The notes: generated from the sequence alone by a model not told the origin. Shown: positions 28,719-37,671, counted from the first letter of the stretch. The stretch: 64,000 nucleotides of DNA from Pirellulales bacterium (GCA_028066355.1 JALCBP010000003.1:69746-133745); one strand, 5' to 3'. A program made the numbers and translations.

Positions 28719-31700
28719 TTATCGTGCGAACCCAACAAAGAAGCTAAAGAGTTGCTGGCTGTCAAACTCGGCGTATGAAACAGGTACTGCAAAATCGAGG
28801 GCAATCGGAGCTGGTCCAAGTGCAGGCATAGTGATTCGGAGGCCGAATCCTGGCGATACTCGAAAGTCTTTAATTGTTACGTTTTGTTCAACGGTACCAA
28901 AATCAGTAAAGACAACACCACGAAGTGAATCATCGGCAGTAATCGGAAACATATATTCAATGGTGTTTAACCATTCAAATGGTCCACCAACAATAGCTTC
29001 CTGGCCTGTGGTTGTACTTCGCTGCCGTGGACTTGCACCACGAAAAACAAAACCACGTAGGGTGTTGTATCCACCAGCATAGAAGTTGTCGTACGACGGC
29101 GTATCAGGACCAGAGAATCCGAGTATGGTGCCCGCCGACAAGACATGTCGGCCCGAACCATCGGGTCGCTGATTCAGAAGGAAATATTGTCGAGCTTCAA
29201 AGACACCTCGTGGATAGATGAAGGTACCTATTACTTGTTCAAATTCAACCGTGGCGAGATGGCCTTCTGTAGGCAGAAAAGGGCTGTCTCGAGTGTCATG
29301 AATAAGACCGGCACTGAAACCGTACACCGAATTTTTTCCAAGCATGTTATCGATGTCAGGTACCCCAGGAACACGAGGGTTGAAGATATCAACGCTTTCA
29401 CCACGGAAGCCTGCATTCACAGAAAAATCGGGTGCAAAGACAAATTGATACCCAAGGCCAACACGGCCTCCTACACGACCTTCAGCCCAATCGAAAAAGT
29501 AACGGGTAAAGTATGAGGCACTCGTTGAAAGTCCGACGCGAGTATCAAAAAGATACGGTTCTTGGAAGGTCGCAGTGTATCGCTGCAACTCTGTACCAGG
29601 TGCTGCTTCCAGTCGAAACCTTTGGCCGGCACCACGAAAAGCCGTGCCATTTCGTATGTCTTCCCAACTGGTTGGAAGCCGAGTGATATCAAAATTCTGT
29701 TCATCAATAACAATGTTTCCGACCAAACCTGCATTGGAGTTGACCCCTGCCCCGATCATGAGCCGGCCGGTCTGTGTTTCTTCAGCGTTTACATCAACAA
29801 CGACGTACGGTTCATTTCCAGGAAACACTTGAACAGGTGGCTGAGCGAAACCTTGTTGTGGAAGCCCTGGTTGACCAAAACCAGGAACATTTGGAAGTGG
29901 ATCAAAGCCAGAAGGATCTGAAAAACCTGGTTGACCAAAACCTGACTGAGCATAACCAGAGGGTGTGGTGGGAGCAGCTTGAGGTTGTGCGACAGGCTGC
30001 TGGGCAACCATCGGTGTTGCTGTTGGAGAGGCTGGTGGAATTCGACCATAGTCAATTGCACCCGGGTTTGTCGCCCCTATCGCAGAGCCCCCCCAAGCAG
30101 CAGTATTTGTGTTTTGGGTGGTTGATGGACCGGGAACACCTTCAGGGAGAGCGGATGGCGCCTGTTGAGGAAAAGATTGTCTGTAGGCCGGAGGGCTTCC
30201 TGCATTAGCTGGGGTAGTCGTTGCAGGAGGTTGATATCCGTATGCCGGACTTTGTCCCCGCCATTGTGGCTGCTCACGTATTTCAGCAGGGTGGACTGAG
30301 TTCTTGTTATTTGGAGCGTGCTCACCAGCAGACTCTGCAGATTCTCGCTCAGACGGTGATGGAGCTAATTCGCCTTTGAGCACGAGGTCAAGCACGGCAT
30401 CACCATCGTCAGGGCTCTGACCTCGAAAACCATTTTGATTTGGTTCACGAGCTATTAATTGTTCAGAAGGATCAGGTTTACTAAAAACAATTCGTGGTCC
30501 TTCTCCTCTCGCAGGTTCATTAAGGAAGAGACCACTTGATGCAATTCGTCGTTCGTCAGAGCGCAGTTTTCGAATATCAAGAATGTCACCAGGTCGTAGA
30601 GATAGCCGATTTAATATGACGCTGTGGCGAGTATGTGGATTCTCACCACCAATACGTACGTTAATTTGTCCAACCCGATATCGCTGTCCCTCGGCAACTT
30701 TGTACACCAGATCGAGTTCACCAGGCTCTTCAAGAAATCGGGGGTCTGCTTGGATGTCAGCGAATACAAAACCACGACCGCCATAAATATCACGAATCAG
30801 ATTCAAGTCGGCGTCCATATGATCTTGATTGAAGAATTCACCACTTTTAAGTTTTAGATCACGCTCAAGGAATTCTCCTTTAAACCGGCTGTTGCCCAGA
30901 AATGAAACATTTCGAACGCGGTAACGAGGCCCCTCATTGATGACAAAAGTGAGCAAAGCCCAATCTCGGCCTATGCCATTGATAACTTGCACCTCACGAC
31001 CAACGCGTGCCTGGAAAAAACCAAGGCTGCGGTAATAGGCAGTGAGCGTATCAACATCAGCATCAATTTTTTCGTGGTCAACGTCGCCACCCAGGAACCA
31101 GAAAAATCCTGGTTTAGATTTTATCTGTGTAAGTAATCGAGCATCGGTTGCGATGGTGTTCCCAACAAACGTTGTCCAGAAAGATTTACGACTACGACCC
31201 TCATCAACCAGAAAGACCGCTCCTCTATCGCCAGGTTTTGTTCCTTCAACGGTGGTTACACGAGCTTTGTCATACCCTTTTTCATGATAGTAACTTTCAA
31301 CTCGCCGACGGGCTTCTTCGACTACATAGCTATCAATGGAATCACCAACATCGATTTCCGCTTTCTTTCGTAATGTTCGAGTTGTCACACGTTCGTTACC
31401 AACAAATTTCACATAACGTAATGTTGGACGCTCAACTACAGTAAAGACGACGACGACCCCTTGACGGACTCGCACATATTTAGGCAAGACATCAATAAAT
31501 TTTCGCGTACGATGGAGTGTTCGCACATCTTCTTCAATGGCTTGCGGATCAAAAATTTGCCCAGCGCGTGTATTGAGTTGCGGTAGCTTTGAGATTTCAA
31601 CAGTCTCATTTCCTTCAATTCGTACCTCAACAATCCGTTCGTCTTGATTGGTGTCACGACCAGTTGAAGGAAGCAGGTCGATACTGTCTGGCTGTTCGAT

Positions 31701-31844
31701 GCTGCCTGATTGAGCAAAAGCATATTCTGATCCTGTTAGAACACTCAGTAATCCAGCAATGCAAAGCAGACGAACGATCACCATGCATGTGGTGAATCGA
31801 GAAGCCGCAATGGTGCATTCTTTAGAGATACGGGTGTTCGGCAT
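28719..31844 (-). CDS. bamA: BamA/Omp85-family outer-membrane assembly protein with ~180-aa Pro/Gln/Gly-rich linker
   Basis: Repeated POTRA-like units in residues ~70-450. An Omp85 barrel runs from ETQTGRLMIGAGVNSNAGLVG to the C-terminus. A low-complexity segment spans residues ~492-675 (nt ~29820-30371). The signal peptide may start at M21 (31784). Confidence 0.8.
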   Translation of the reverse strand: MPNTRISKECTIAASRFTTCMVIVRLLCIAGLLSVLTGSEYAFAQSGSIEQPDSIDLLPSTGRDTNQDERIVEVRIEGNETVEISKLPQLNTRAGQIFDPQAIEEDVRTLHRTRKFIDVLPKYVRVRQGVVVVFTVVERPTLRYVKFVGNERVTTRTLRKKAEIDVGDSIDSYVVEEARRRVESYYHEKGYDKARVTTVEGTKPGDRGAVFLVDEGRSRKSFWTTFVGNTIATDARLLTQIKSKPGFFWFLGGDVDHEKIDADVDTLTAYYRSLGFFQARVGREVQVINGIGRDWALLTFVINEGPRYRVRNVSFLGNSRFKGEFLERDLKLKSGEFFNQDHMDADLNLIRDIYGGRGFVFADIQADPRFLEEPGELDLVYKVAEGQRYRVGQINVRIGGENPHTRHSVILNRLSLRPGDILDIRKLRSDERRIASSGLFLNEPARGEGPRIVFSKPDPSEQLIAREPNQNGFRGQSPDDGDAVLDLVLKGELAPSPSERESAESAGEHAPNNKNSVHPAEIREQPQWRGQSPAYGYQPPATTTPANAGSPPAYRQSFPQQAPSALPEGVPGPSTTQNTNTAAWGGSAIGATNPGAIDYGRIPPASPTATPMVAQQPVAQPQAAPTTPSGYAQSGFGQPGFSDPSGFDPLPNVPGFGQPGLPQQGFAQPPVQVFPGNEPYVVVDVNAEETQTGRLMIGAGVNSNAGLVGNIVIDEQNFDITRLPTSWEDIRNGTAFRGAGQRFRLEAAPGTELQRYTATFQEPYLFDTRVGLSTSASYFTRYFFDWAEGRVGGRVGLGYQFVFAPDFSVNAGFRGESVDIFNPRVPGVPDIDNMLGKNSVYGFSAGLIHDTRDSPFLPTEGHLATVEFEQVIGTFIYPRGVFEARQYFLLNQRPDGSGRHVLSAGTILGFSGPDTPSYDNFYAGGYNTLRGFVFRGASPRQRSTTTGQEAIVGGPFEWLNTIEYMFPITADDSLRGVVFTDFGTVEQNVTIKDFRVSPGFGLRITMPALGPAPIALDFAVPVSYAEFDSQQLFSFFVGFAR

Positions 31845-31949
31845 AGGTGATACGGCTCAGTCAATTGGTCAGTCATAGGCATGGAGTATCAAGCCAAGCG
31901 GACTTGGGACCTCTACACCGGACCGCTGAGAAATACCGAAGCAACTCTG

Positions 31950-31985
31950 GTCTCCACAAGGTGAAAAGTTGTCAGATGTGGAGAC
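31950..31985. promoter_or_regulatory. Perfect 9-bp inverted repeat (GTCTCCACA-N18-TGTGGAGAC) in the bamA / yrdC-ptp divergent region
   Basis: Arms at 31950-31958 and 31977-31985 are exact reverse complements. Function unknown. Confidence 0.25.
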
Positions 31986-32163
31986 AACAACCTATTTTCC
32001 CGGAATAACGAATTTGTTCCCGTAAACATCGGTTAAAGTAGGCTTACCCAGTCTGCGATGCTTAACCTATTGGTGTAGCCTCCGAATTTTGCCGACGACT
32101 CTTAGGCAGCAAAAGAGGAATTTGCTCAGAATCTACGCGTATCCATGCTTCATAACGGAATAT

Positions 32164-33309
32164 ATGTCACCCACTGTTATTAATCTCAAGGAGTCTGATG
32201 ATCTGCGTGATGTGGTGCATCGCGTGGTGCAAGCGCTTGCTGAAGGAAAAGTCGTTGGAGTACCAACTGAATCGAACTATTGCATAGCTGCTGCGGGTAC
32301 ACATGAGACTGCTGTTAGAAAAGTTTGTGCGTTCGCCGATGCTGTAGAGCATGAGCCCCAACTGACTATTGCCATAAAGAGCAGTGATGAAGCGACTGAC
32401 TGGGCACCAGCAATGACACCACTTGCTTTGCGATTTGCACGACAATGCTGGCCAGGTCCTTTGTCGATGCTGGTGTCCGGGAATCATCCAGATGGTTTGG
32501 TGCATCAACTACCAGTGTCGACCCAACCGTATGTTTTGTGTGATAACCGTATTCGCTTGCGAGCGCCGAGGCATCGGATGCTGCAGGACTGCATGCGACT
32601 TTTTGCGGGCCCTGTTGTGCTTGCAGAGCCTAGTGGAAGCACGGAGCCGCCTAAGACGGTTACAGATCTTTTGGATTTTTGTGGACAAGATAAGAAGTCA
32701 TTCCTTGTCATAGATGATGGCAGACAGCCAATTCAGGAACTCGTTTCAACAATTGAAATCCATGCTACTGGTTTTCAGATTATTCGTGGCAACACGTTCA
32801 GTAAGGAAGAGCTTCAAGATTTTGCACGCTTTACAGTACTTTTCGTTTGTACGGGAAACACCTGTCGCAGTCCGATGGCCGAAGCATTGTTTCGTGCGAA
32901 AATAGCGGAAAAATTAAATTGTTCGACTGAGGAAATCCGGGACCGCGGTTTTGAGGTCAAAAGTGCCGGCTTATCTGGTTGGGGAGGGAGTCCGGCAAGC
33001 GAGAAGGCGTTTCAAACGATGAAACAATCAGGCATTGATTTGAGTGGTCACACCAGCCAAATATTGACAGAAGAGTTACTTGAAAAAGCAGCCATTGTGT
33101 GGACGATGACATCTGCCCATCGGGCAGCAATTCTCGGCCAGTTTCCGAACTTTGCTGACCGGGTTCACATGCTATCTCCTACAAATCAAGACGTGTTGGA
33201 TCCGTTTGGAGGGACTGCAGAAGCCTACAATCAGTGTGCTCAGCAAATCCGTGAGCATCTTGACGCGCGAATGGATATACTGGATTTCCGAAGTTCGCTG
33301 GAACAGTAA
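32164..33309 (+). CDS. Fusion protein: YrdC/Sua5-like domain + low-molecular-weight protein (Tyr/Arg) phosphatase
   Basis: The N-terminal half has the YrdC-fold blocks VGVPTESNYCIAA and CWPGPLSMLV. The C-terminal half has the LMW-PTP P-loop VLFVCTGNTCRSPMAEALFR and the DP loop (VLDPFGG). The ATG at 32164 is preferred over the listed TTG at 32089. Confidence 0.8.
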   Translation: MSPTVINLKESDDLRDVVHRVVQALAEGKVVGVPTESNYCIAAAGTHETAVRKVCAFADAVEHEPQLTIAIKSSDEATDWAPAMTPLALRFARQCWPGPLSMLVSGNHPDGLVHQLPVSTQPYVLCDNRIRLRAPRHRMLQDCMRLFAGPVVLAEPSGSTEPPKTVTDLLDFCGQDKKSFLVIDDGRQPIQELVSTIEIHATGFQIIRGNTFSKEELQDFARFTVLFVCTGNTCRSPMAEALFRAKIAEKLNCSTEEIRDRGFEVKSAGLSGWGGSPASEKAFQTMKQSGIDLSGHTSQILTEELLEKAAIVWTMTSAHRAAILGQFPNFADRVHMLSPTNQDVLDPFGGTAEAYNQCAQQIREHLDARMDILDFRSSLEQ

Positions 33310-33406
33310 GTCTTTTGTGGAATTCTAGTAAGTCGAATGGGCAGGATGAGCGATTCGAAACTATGTTTTCATGCGGGAGCCATGGCCTGCAGCCTGGATT
33401 AAATGA

Positions 33407-33868
33407 ATGAAAATTGCGATCGGAAGCGATCATCGAGGTGTTGATGCCCGCCGTCGTCTGATCGGATTTTTGGAGCGCCACGGTCATTCCGTAAAAGACT
33501 GTGGGAGCTACGATGAAACAGCAGTTGATTATCCAGATGTTGCTGCTGATGTGTCCCGTCAGGTTGCCGATGGTGCAGTAGACAGAGGAATTTTGCTCTG
33601 TTGTACCGGTGTAGGGATGGCTATTGCCGCAAATAAAATTCCGGGTGTTCGCGCCGCGACGTGCCATGATGAGGTTGCGGCTGAAATGAGCCGACGGCAC
33701 AATGATTTGAATGTTCTCTGTCTGGCTGCAGAAATGGTCGGAGCGGAACAGCAGGAAAAAATGACAGAAATCTGGCTCAATACGGATTTTGAGGGCGGCC
33801 GTCATGAACGGCGATTGAATAAGATTTCTGCTCTTGAGGCAACGGCGTCCGGTCAGCAGAGTGCCTAG
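33407..33868 (+). CDS. rpiB: Ribose-5-phosphate isomerase B
   Basis: 153 aa. MKIAIGSDHRG, LLCCTGVGMAIAANKIPGVRAA, and the NDLNVLCL..R pattern. Confidence 0.92.
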   Translation: MKIAIGSDHRGVDARRRLIGFLERHGHSVKDCGSYDETAVDYPDVAADVSRQVADGAVDRGILLCCTGVGMAIAANKIPGVRAATCHDEVAAEMSRRHNDLNVLCLAAEMVGAEQQEKMTEIWLNTDFEGGRHERRLNKISALEATASGQQSA

Positions 33869-34141
33869 AAACTCTGGCAAGCCTCAAAATCTGCCCAAAA
33901 TAGCAGTATCCGGTACCAGAAAACTAATTGTGGTAACGTCGGTGAAATGTGCTGATTTTGAAGGCCAACGAAGACTTGTCGTGTCGTAACGGTCATGCCG
34001 AAACACAGACAGATTTTCTCAGTAAAATGAGCTTTCAATTTGTTGCGTCGCCAACTCACGTTGGTAATGTCGGGGGTAGGGAAAAACAACATTGTTGTTC
34101 CCCGCGATTCCTTGATTCCGCCGCCTTCATTAGGTCGCACC

Positions 34142-34759
34142 ATGAATTTCACAAACGCACCGACTCCCGAAGAAGTGTCATGTCTTCTGCAGAATGCAGC
34201 ATTGCGAGACGCAATCGAGCCATTCTTAGAGGATGAAACATTTGGTGATATCGATTTTTTTGAAATGCCTACGGAGGTAGAGAATCGTTATCTTGAATCG
34301 ATGTTGGCTTGGGAGCAGGCGCCAGTTTTGCCTGTCGGCCGCTGGTTCAATCCCTCACTTGTGTTGCAACCGTCTTGTAATCTGAGTGAAGAACATCTTC
34401 GGGAAGAGTTGTGGGCGGTTATCGAAAGACTCTACCAAGGTCGAATTATTCTCGACTTTACGGACCATCTTTCAGATCATGAACTTTACAATCTGATCCG
34501 GAAAGAAATCCTTCCAACGGCAATCAAGCGTGTTGATTTACCGGATAATTATTTCCACTGGGATTGTAGCGTTGCAGGTCGAGTTCCTGAAATTTCTGAT
34601 GGCGAATGGTACCCAGAACCTGTGATCGATTCATTGATTTGGCTTACGTACTACGCCGACAATGCCGAGCGAAGTGAGTGGGAGGTTGAATATGGCATTG
34701 ATCTTCCCCCAAGAGAGATTCCACCATACCCGCGAGCCATGCCATCCGCACCAGTATGA
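34142..34759 (+). CDS. Hypothetical cytoplasmic protein
   Basis: Open frame with no motif I recognise. The ATG at 34142 (MNFTNAPTPEE) is preferred over the upstream alternative start at 34040. Acidic and Trp-rich. Confidence 0.4.
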   Translation: MNFTNAPTPEEVSCLLQNAALRDAIEPFLEDETFGDIDFFEMPTEVENRYLESMLAWEQAPVLPVGRWFNPSLVLQPSCNLSEEHLREELWAVIERLYQGRIILDFTDHLSDHELYNLIRKEILPTAIKRVDLPDNYFHWDCSVAGRVPEISDGEWYPEPVIDSLIWLTYYADNAERSEWEVEYGIDLPPREIPPYPRAMPSAPV

Positions 34760-34764
34760 GACAT

Positions 34765-34791
34765 GTTGCGACAGGCTATAACGCAACTTTT
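34765..34791 (+). terminator. Weak terminator-like hairpin after the hypothetical gene
   Basis: GTTGCG (34765-34770) pairs with CGCAAC (34782-34787) across an 11-nt loop, followed by TTTT. Confidence 0.35.
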
Positions 34792-34897
34792 ACTCACACC
34801 AGTATTCCTTGTATAATACGTGAGTTTGTAATTTTTGGTGCCGTTGATTCCCACCGTGTGCCGACGAGGTCGGGGTGTTCAATGAAGGAAGTTAGTC

Positions 34898-36016
34898 ATG
34901 ATTGCTCACAGACTGTTTCTTGTGCCGTTGATTTGTTCACTTACCATCTGTGGTGCCTTCCAAGCGAAGGTCAAAGCGACCACACCTGAAGCAATTGAGC
35001 ACGCGATTTTCAGAGCATCGCAGTATTTGCAGGATTCTGGTCAACAGTCGGATGGAAGTTTCTCACCCAAAAGTGGTCCGGCAATTACCGCCCTTTGTAT
35101 CACTGCACTTGTTCGGACCGGAACGGCTATTGATAGCCGAATGGTGTCGCGAGCAGTTGCATACCTTCTTACGTTTCAGCAATCGGATGGTGGCATCTAT
35201 CAGCCTGAATCAGCAGTTGCAAATTATGAAACATCAATTGCCATACTTGCTCTTCACGAGTGCAATAGTTCCGGTCAATACGAGGAAATAATCCAAAAAG
35301 CCAGGCAGTTTCTCACGGTGATACAGTGGGATGAAAGTGAAGGAAATACGTATGCTGATCCTGAGTATGGTGGAGCCGGATACGGACGACACGAGCGACC
35401 AGATCTATCTAATACCGCCTTTCTCATCGATGCCTTGAAAGGTGTGGGAGCCAGTTCAGATGACCCTGCCATCCAGCGTGCGTTGATTTTTGTCTCGCGA
35501 TCTCAAAACCTTGAGGGCGTCTACGACATACTCGATGTTGCAAACAAAAATCCAGATGGTGGCTTTTTTTATACGCCAGCAAATGGGGGTGAGAGTCAGG
35601 CTGGCACAACACCAACTGGTGGTTTGCGCAGCTATGGGTCAATGACATACTCTGGGTTGAGGAGTATGATCTATGCTGGTGTTTCAGCAGATGATCCCCG
35701 TGTGGTTGCAGCGATAGAATGGCTTAAACGACACTACACCTTTGCAGAAAACCCTGGCATGGGTGATGCTGGTTTGTTTTACTATTTCCACACAGCTGCT
35801 AAGGCACTTCATGTTCTGGGGCAGGATCAAGTTATAGGTATTGATGGGAAAGCCCATGACTGGCGAAAAGATCTGGTGGGTGCTCTTCTTAGTAGCCAGA
35901 ACGAAGATGGCTCATGGGTGAATAACAACTCCCGATGGCTGGAAGGTGATGCTAATTTGGTAACGAGCTACGCACTGCTCGCACTGAGTTACTGTCAGCC
36001 ATCTATCAGTAAGTAG
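34898..36016 (+). CDS. Secreted prenyltransferase/squalene-oxidase-repeat (terpenoid-cyclase-fold) protein
   Basis: Signal peptide. Repeated Q.SDGS/GW units (QQSDGSFSP, QQSDGGIYQ, KNPDGGFFY, SQNEDGSWVN) are typical of alpha/alpha-toroid prenyltransferase-like repeats. Confidence 0.7.
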   Translation: MIAHRLFLVPLICSLTICGAFQAKVKATTPEAIEHAIFRASQYLQDSGQQSDGSFSPKSGPAITALCITALVRTGTAIDSRMVSRAVAYLLTFQQSDGGIYQPESAVANYETSIAILALHECNSSGQYEEIIQKARQFLTVIQWDESEGNTYADPEYGGAGYGRHERPDLSNTAFLIDALKGVGASSDDPAIQRALIFVSRSQNLEGVYDILDVANKNPDGGFFYTPANGGESQAGTTPTGGLRSYGSMTYSGLRSMIYAGVSADDPRVVAAIEWLKRHYTFAENPGMGDAGLFYYFHTAAKALHVLGQDQVIGIDGKAHDWRKDLVGALLSSQNEDGSWVNNNSRWLEGDANLVTSYALLALSYCQPSISK

Positions 36017-36371
36017 GCCGATTTGGTCGTTCCGTAAGTGAGCCTGATCATAGGTTGTGGACTCACATTCTGAGCATTACTGCGTTCAAAGCCTTATATT
36101 CACGGAACGCCTGTGGGATCGTCACATTGTGTGGGATGAGACATATCCCCTATGTATCCCCACTTCCATGCAAAAATTATGAAACTGATTTCACAAATCG
36201 AATATGTTACCGACGGTTAAAAAAACAGATTTTCCCTCGAATTGGTGGGTAATGAGCGAGATGAACACCCTATGGCTTAAATTTTAGACGATAGAAAAAA
36301 GCTTTATTTTAAGTCGAATCGTTTTCCTCGAGTGAAATTGTGACCGGGACTCAAAAAAATCAGAAAAAGAC

Positions 36372-36399
36372 TTGACGTCTTCACCGACAAGCCTATCAT
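36372..36399 (+). promoter_or_regulatory. Candidate sigma70-type promoter of the DUF1559-led operon
   Basis: TTGACG (36372-36377), a 16-nt spacer, then TATCAT (36394-36399). Each hexamer matches the consensus at 5/6. This implies a leader of about 165 nt before the ATG at 36570. Confidence 0.5.
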
Positions 36400-36402
36400 A
36401 AA

Positions 36403-36416
36403 TGAAACCGGTTTCT
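36403..36416. promoter_or_regulatory. Candidate LacI-family operator O1 (TGAAACCGGTTTCT)
   Basis: 14-bp CG-centred palindrome, 13/14 symmetric, starting 4 nt after the -10 hexamer so that it covers the expected transcription start. A near-identical site lies upstream of the lacI-like gene at 43959-43972. Confidence 0.55.
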
Positions 36417-36569
36417 TGTGGCGGACCGAATAGGGGTATTTGCAAGAAAACGGTTCCAAACGGGGTCGTGGCAGTTTGGCCTTTTCACGTCTTTGAACTT
36501 CATCACGATTTGCCAGACGTCTCAATCTGCATTTAACGCGTTCTTCACTTTTCTCAAAGGAGCTAAATC

Positions 36570-37604
36570 ATGGGGATGAAAACTGTGAGCCGACGGGGCT
36601 TCACGCTTATCGAACTTCTCGTAGTTATTGCAATTATTGGTGTGCTTGTTGGCCTTCTCCTACCAGCTGTGCAGCAGGCTCGCGAAGCTGCGCGGCGTAA
36701 CAGTTGCGGCAACAACCTCAAACAACTTTCTCTTGGTTGTTTGAATTATGAGTCGACAAACCAAAGCTTTCCTTCTGCTGGAGGACAAGCACAAACATTC
36801 TGGGGCACTGGAGAAATCAACAACCCGGCATCATCCAGAGAAAACGGTGGTTGGGCTTATCAGATTCTTCCCTACACGGAACAAATGAACGTCTATGAAC
36901 TTCGTAAGAGTGGCGGATGGAACGCGATTCTTGATGCCGAGATTCTTGAGCACACATGTCCTTCCCGTGGACTTCGCTTTACAGACAACGGTGCAGACGT
37001 GTTTCATTTAACTGACTATGCAGGCTGCATGACTGCAGAACCTGATTGGGCGGGAGCCGCCCGGGTCTGGGAAAACTGGAAGGCCAATGATCCCAATGAA
37101 GAAGCAAATGTCTGGACAGGTACAATTAAGAAGGGAACGCACAATGCTTGGCTTGGTGGCTCGTCACCAACGTGTGTCCCATATAAACGGGTGAGTTTTG
37201 CTGAAATTACAGATGGTTCAAGTAATACGATACTGCTTGCTGAGAAGTCAGCTTGGGGGCAGAACTATCAGATGACTGGTGGTGGCGCCATGTGGTGGGA
37301 AGATCCAGGTCGTTTTGCACCGAGTGATTGGGGTTCTATTCGTTACTTCGGTACAAATAACTTCGGTACTCCCCGAGGAGATTTTCAGGAGCGTCCTTGG
37401 GGCTGGTGGTTCCAGTATGGACAGGGAAGTAATGGCGAGACACGAATTGTCGAGCAAGGTTTCGGTTCGGCACATCCTGGTGTTTTCTCTGCCAGCATGA
37501 GCGATGGATCAGTAAAAACGATTCCTTTCAATGCTGACATTCAAGTGCTTATCAATCTGGCCAAACGCAACGATGGTAATGTAGCCAGTGCGAATGATCT
37601 GTAG
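36570..37604 (+). CDS. DUF1559 protein with prepilin-type N-terminal methylation motif
   Basis: [37 protein letters not shown] is identical over 37 aa to the paralogue at 21698-22561. The C-terminal GSAHPGVFSASMSDGSVKTIP block is DUF1559-like. AAGGAG lies upstream. Confidence 0.85.
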   Translation: MGMKTVSRRGFTLIELLVVIAIIGVLVGLLLPAVQQAREAARRNSCGNNLKQLSLGCLNYESTNQSFPSAGGQAQTFWGTGEINNPASSRENGGWAYQILPYTEQMNVYELRKSGGWNAILDAEILEHTCPSRGLRFTDNGADVFHLTDYAGCMTAEPDWAGAARVWENWKANDPNEEANVWTGTIKKGTHNAWLGGSSPTCVPYKRVSFAEITDGSSNTILLAEKSAWGQNYQMTGGGAMWWEDPGRFAPSDWGSIRYFGTNNFGTPRGDFQERPWGWWFQYGQGSNGETRIVEQGFGSAHPGVFSASMSDGSVKTIPFNADIQVLINLAKRNDGNVASANDL

Positions 37605-37671
37605 TTGTTCAACATGGGATTACGGTGGCGTCAGTTGTCGTGCTGACGCCACCAACTTACAGGGGAAAAAA

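Noticed and set aside
29866-29942. 17-bp direct repeat CCTGGTTGACCAAAACC as an independent repeat element
   Set aside because: It lies within bamA and simply encodes the repeated GFGQPG peptide of the low-complexity linker. It is not a separate genetic element.
33179-33880. 233-aa minus-strand ORF covering rpiB
   Set aside because: rpiB on the + strand is unambiguous (MKIAIGSDHRG, CCTGVGMAIAANK). The antisense translation has no recognisable features and is best explained as a shadow ORF.
36055-36525. ORFs 36055-36252 (+) and 36304-36525 (-) in the spacer upstream of the DUF1559 operon
   Set aside because: No motifs and poor start contexts. The second ORF overlaps the predicted promoter, operator and leader, which explain this DNA better.
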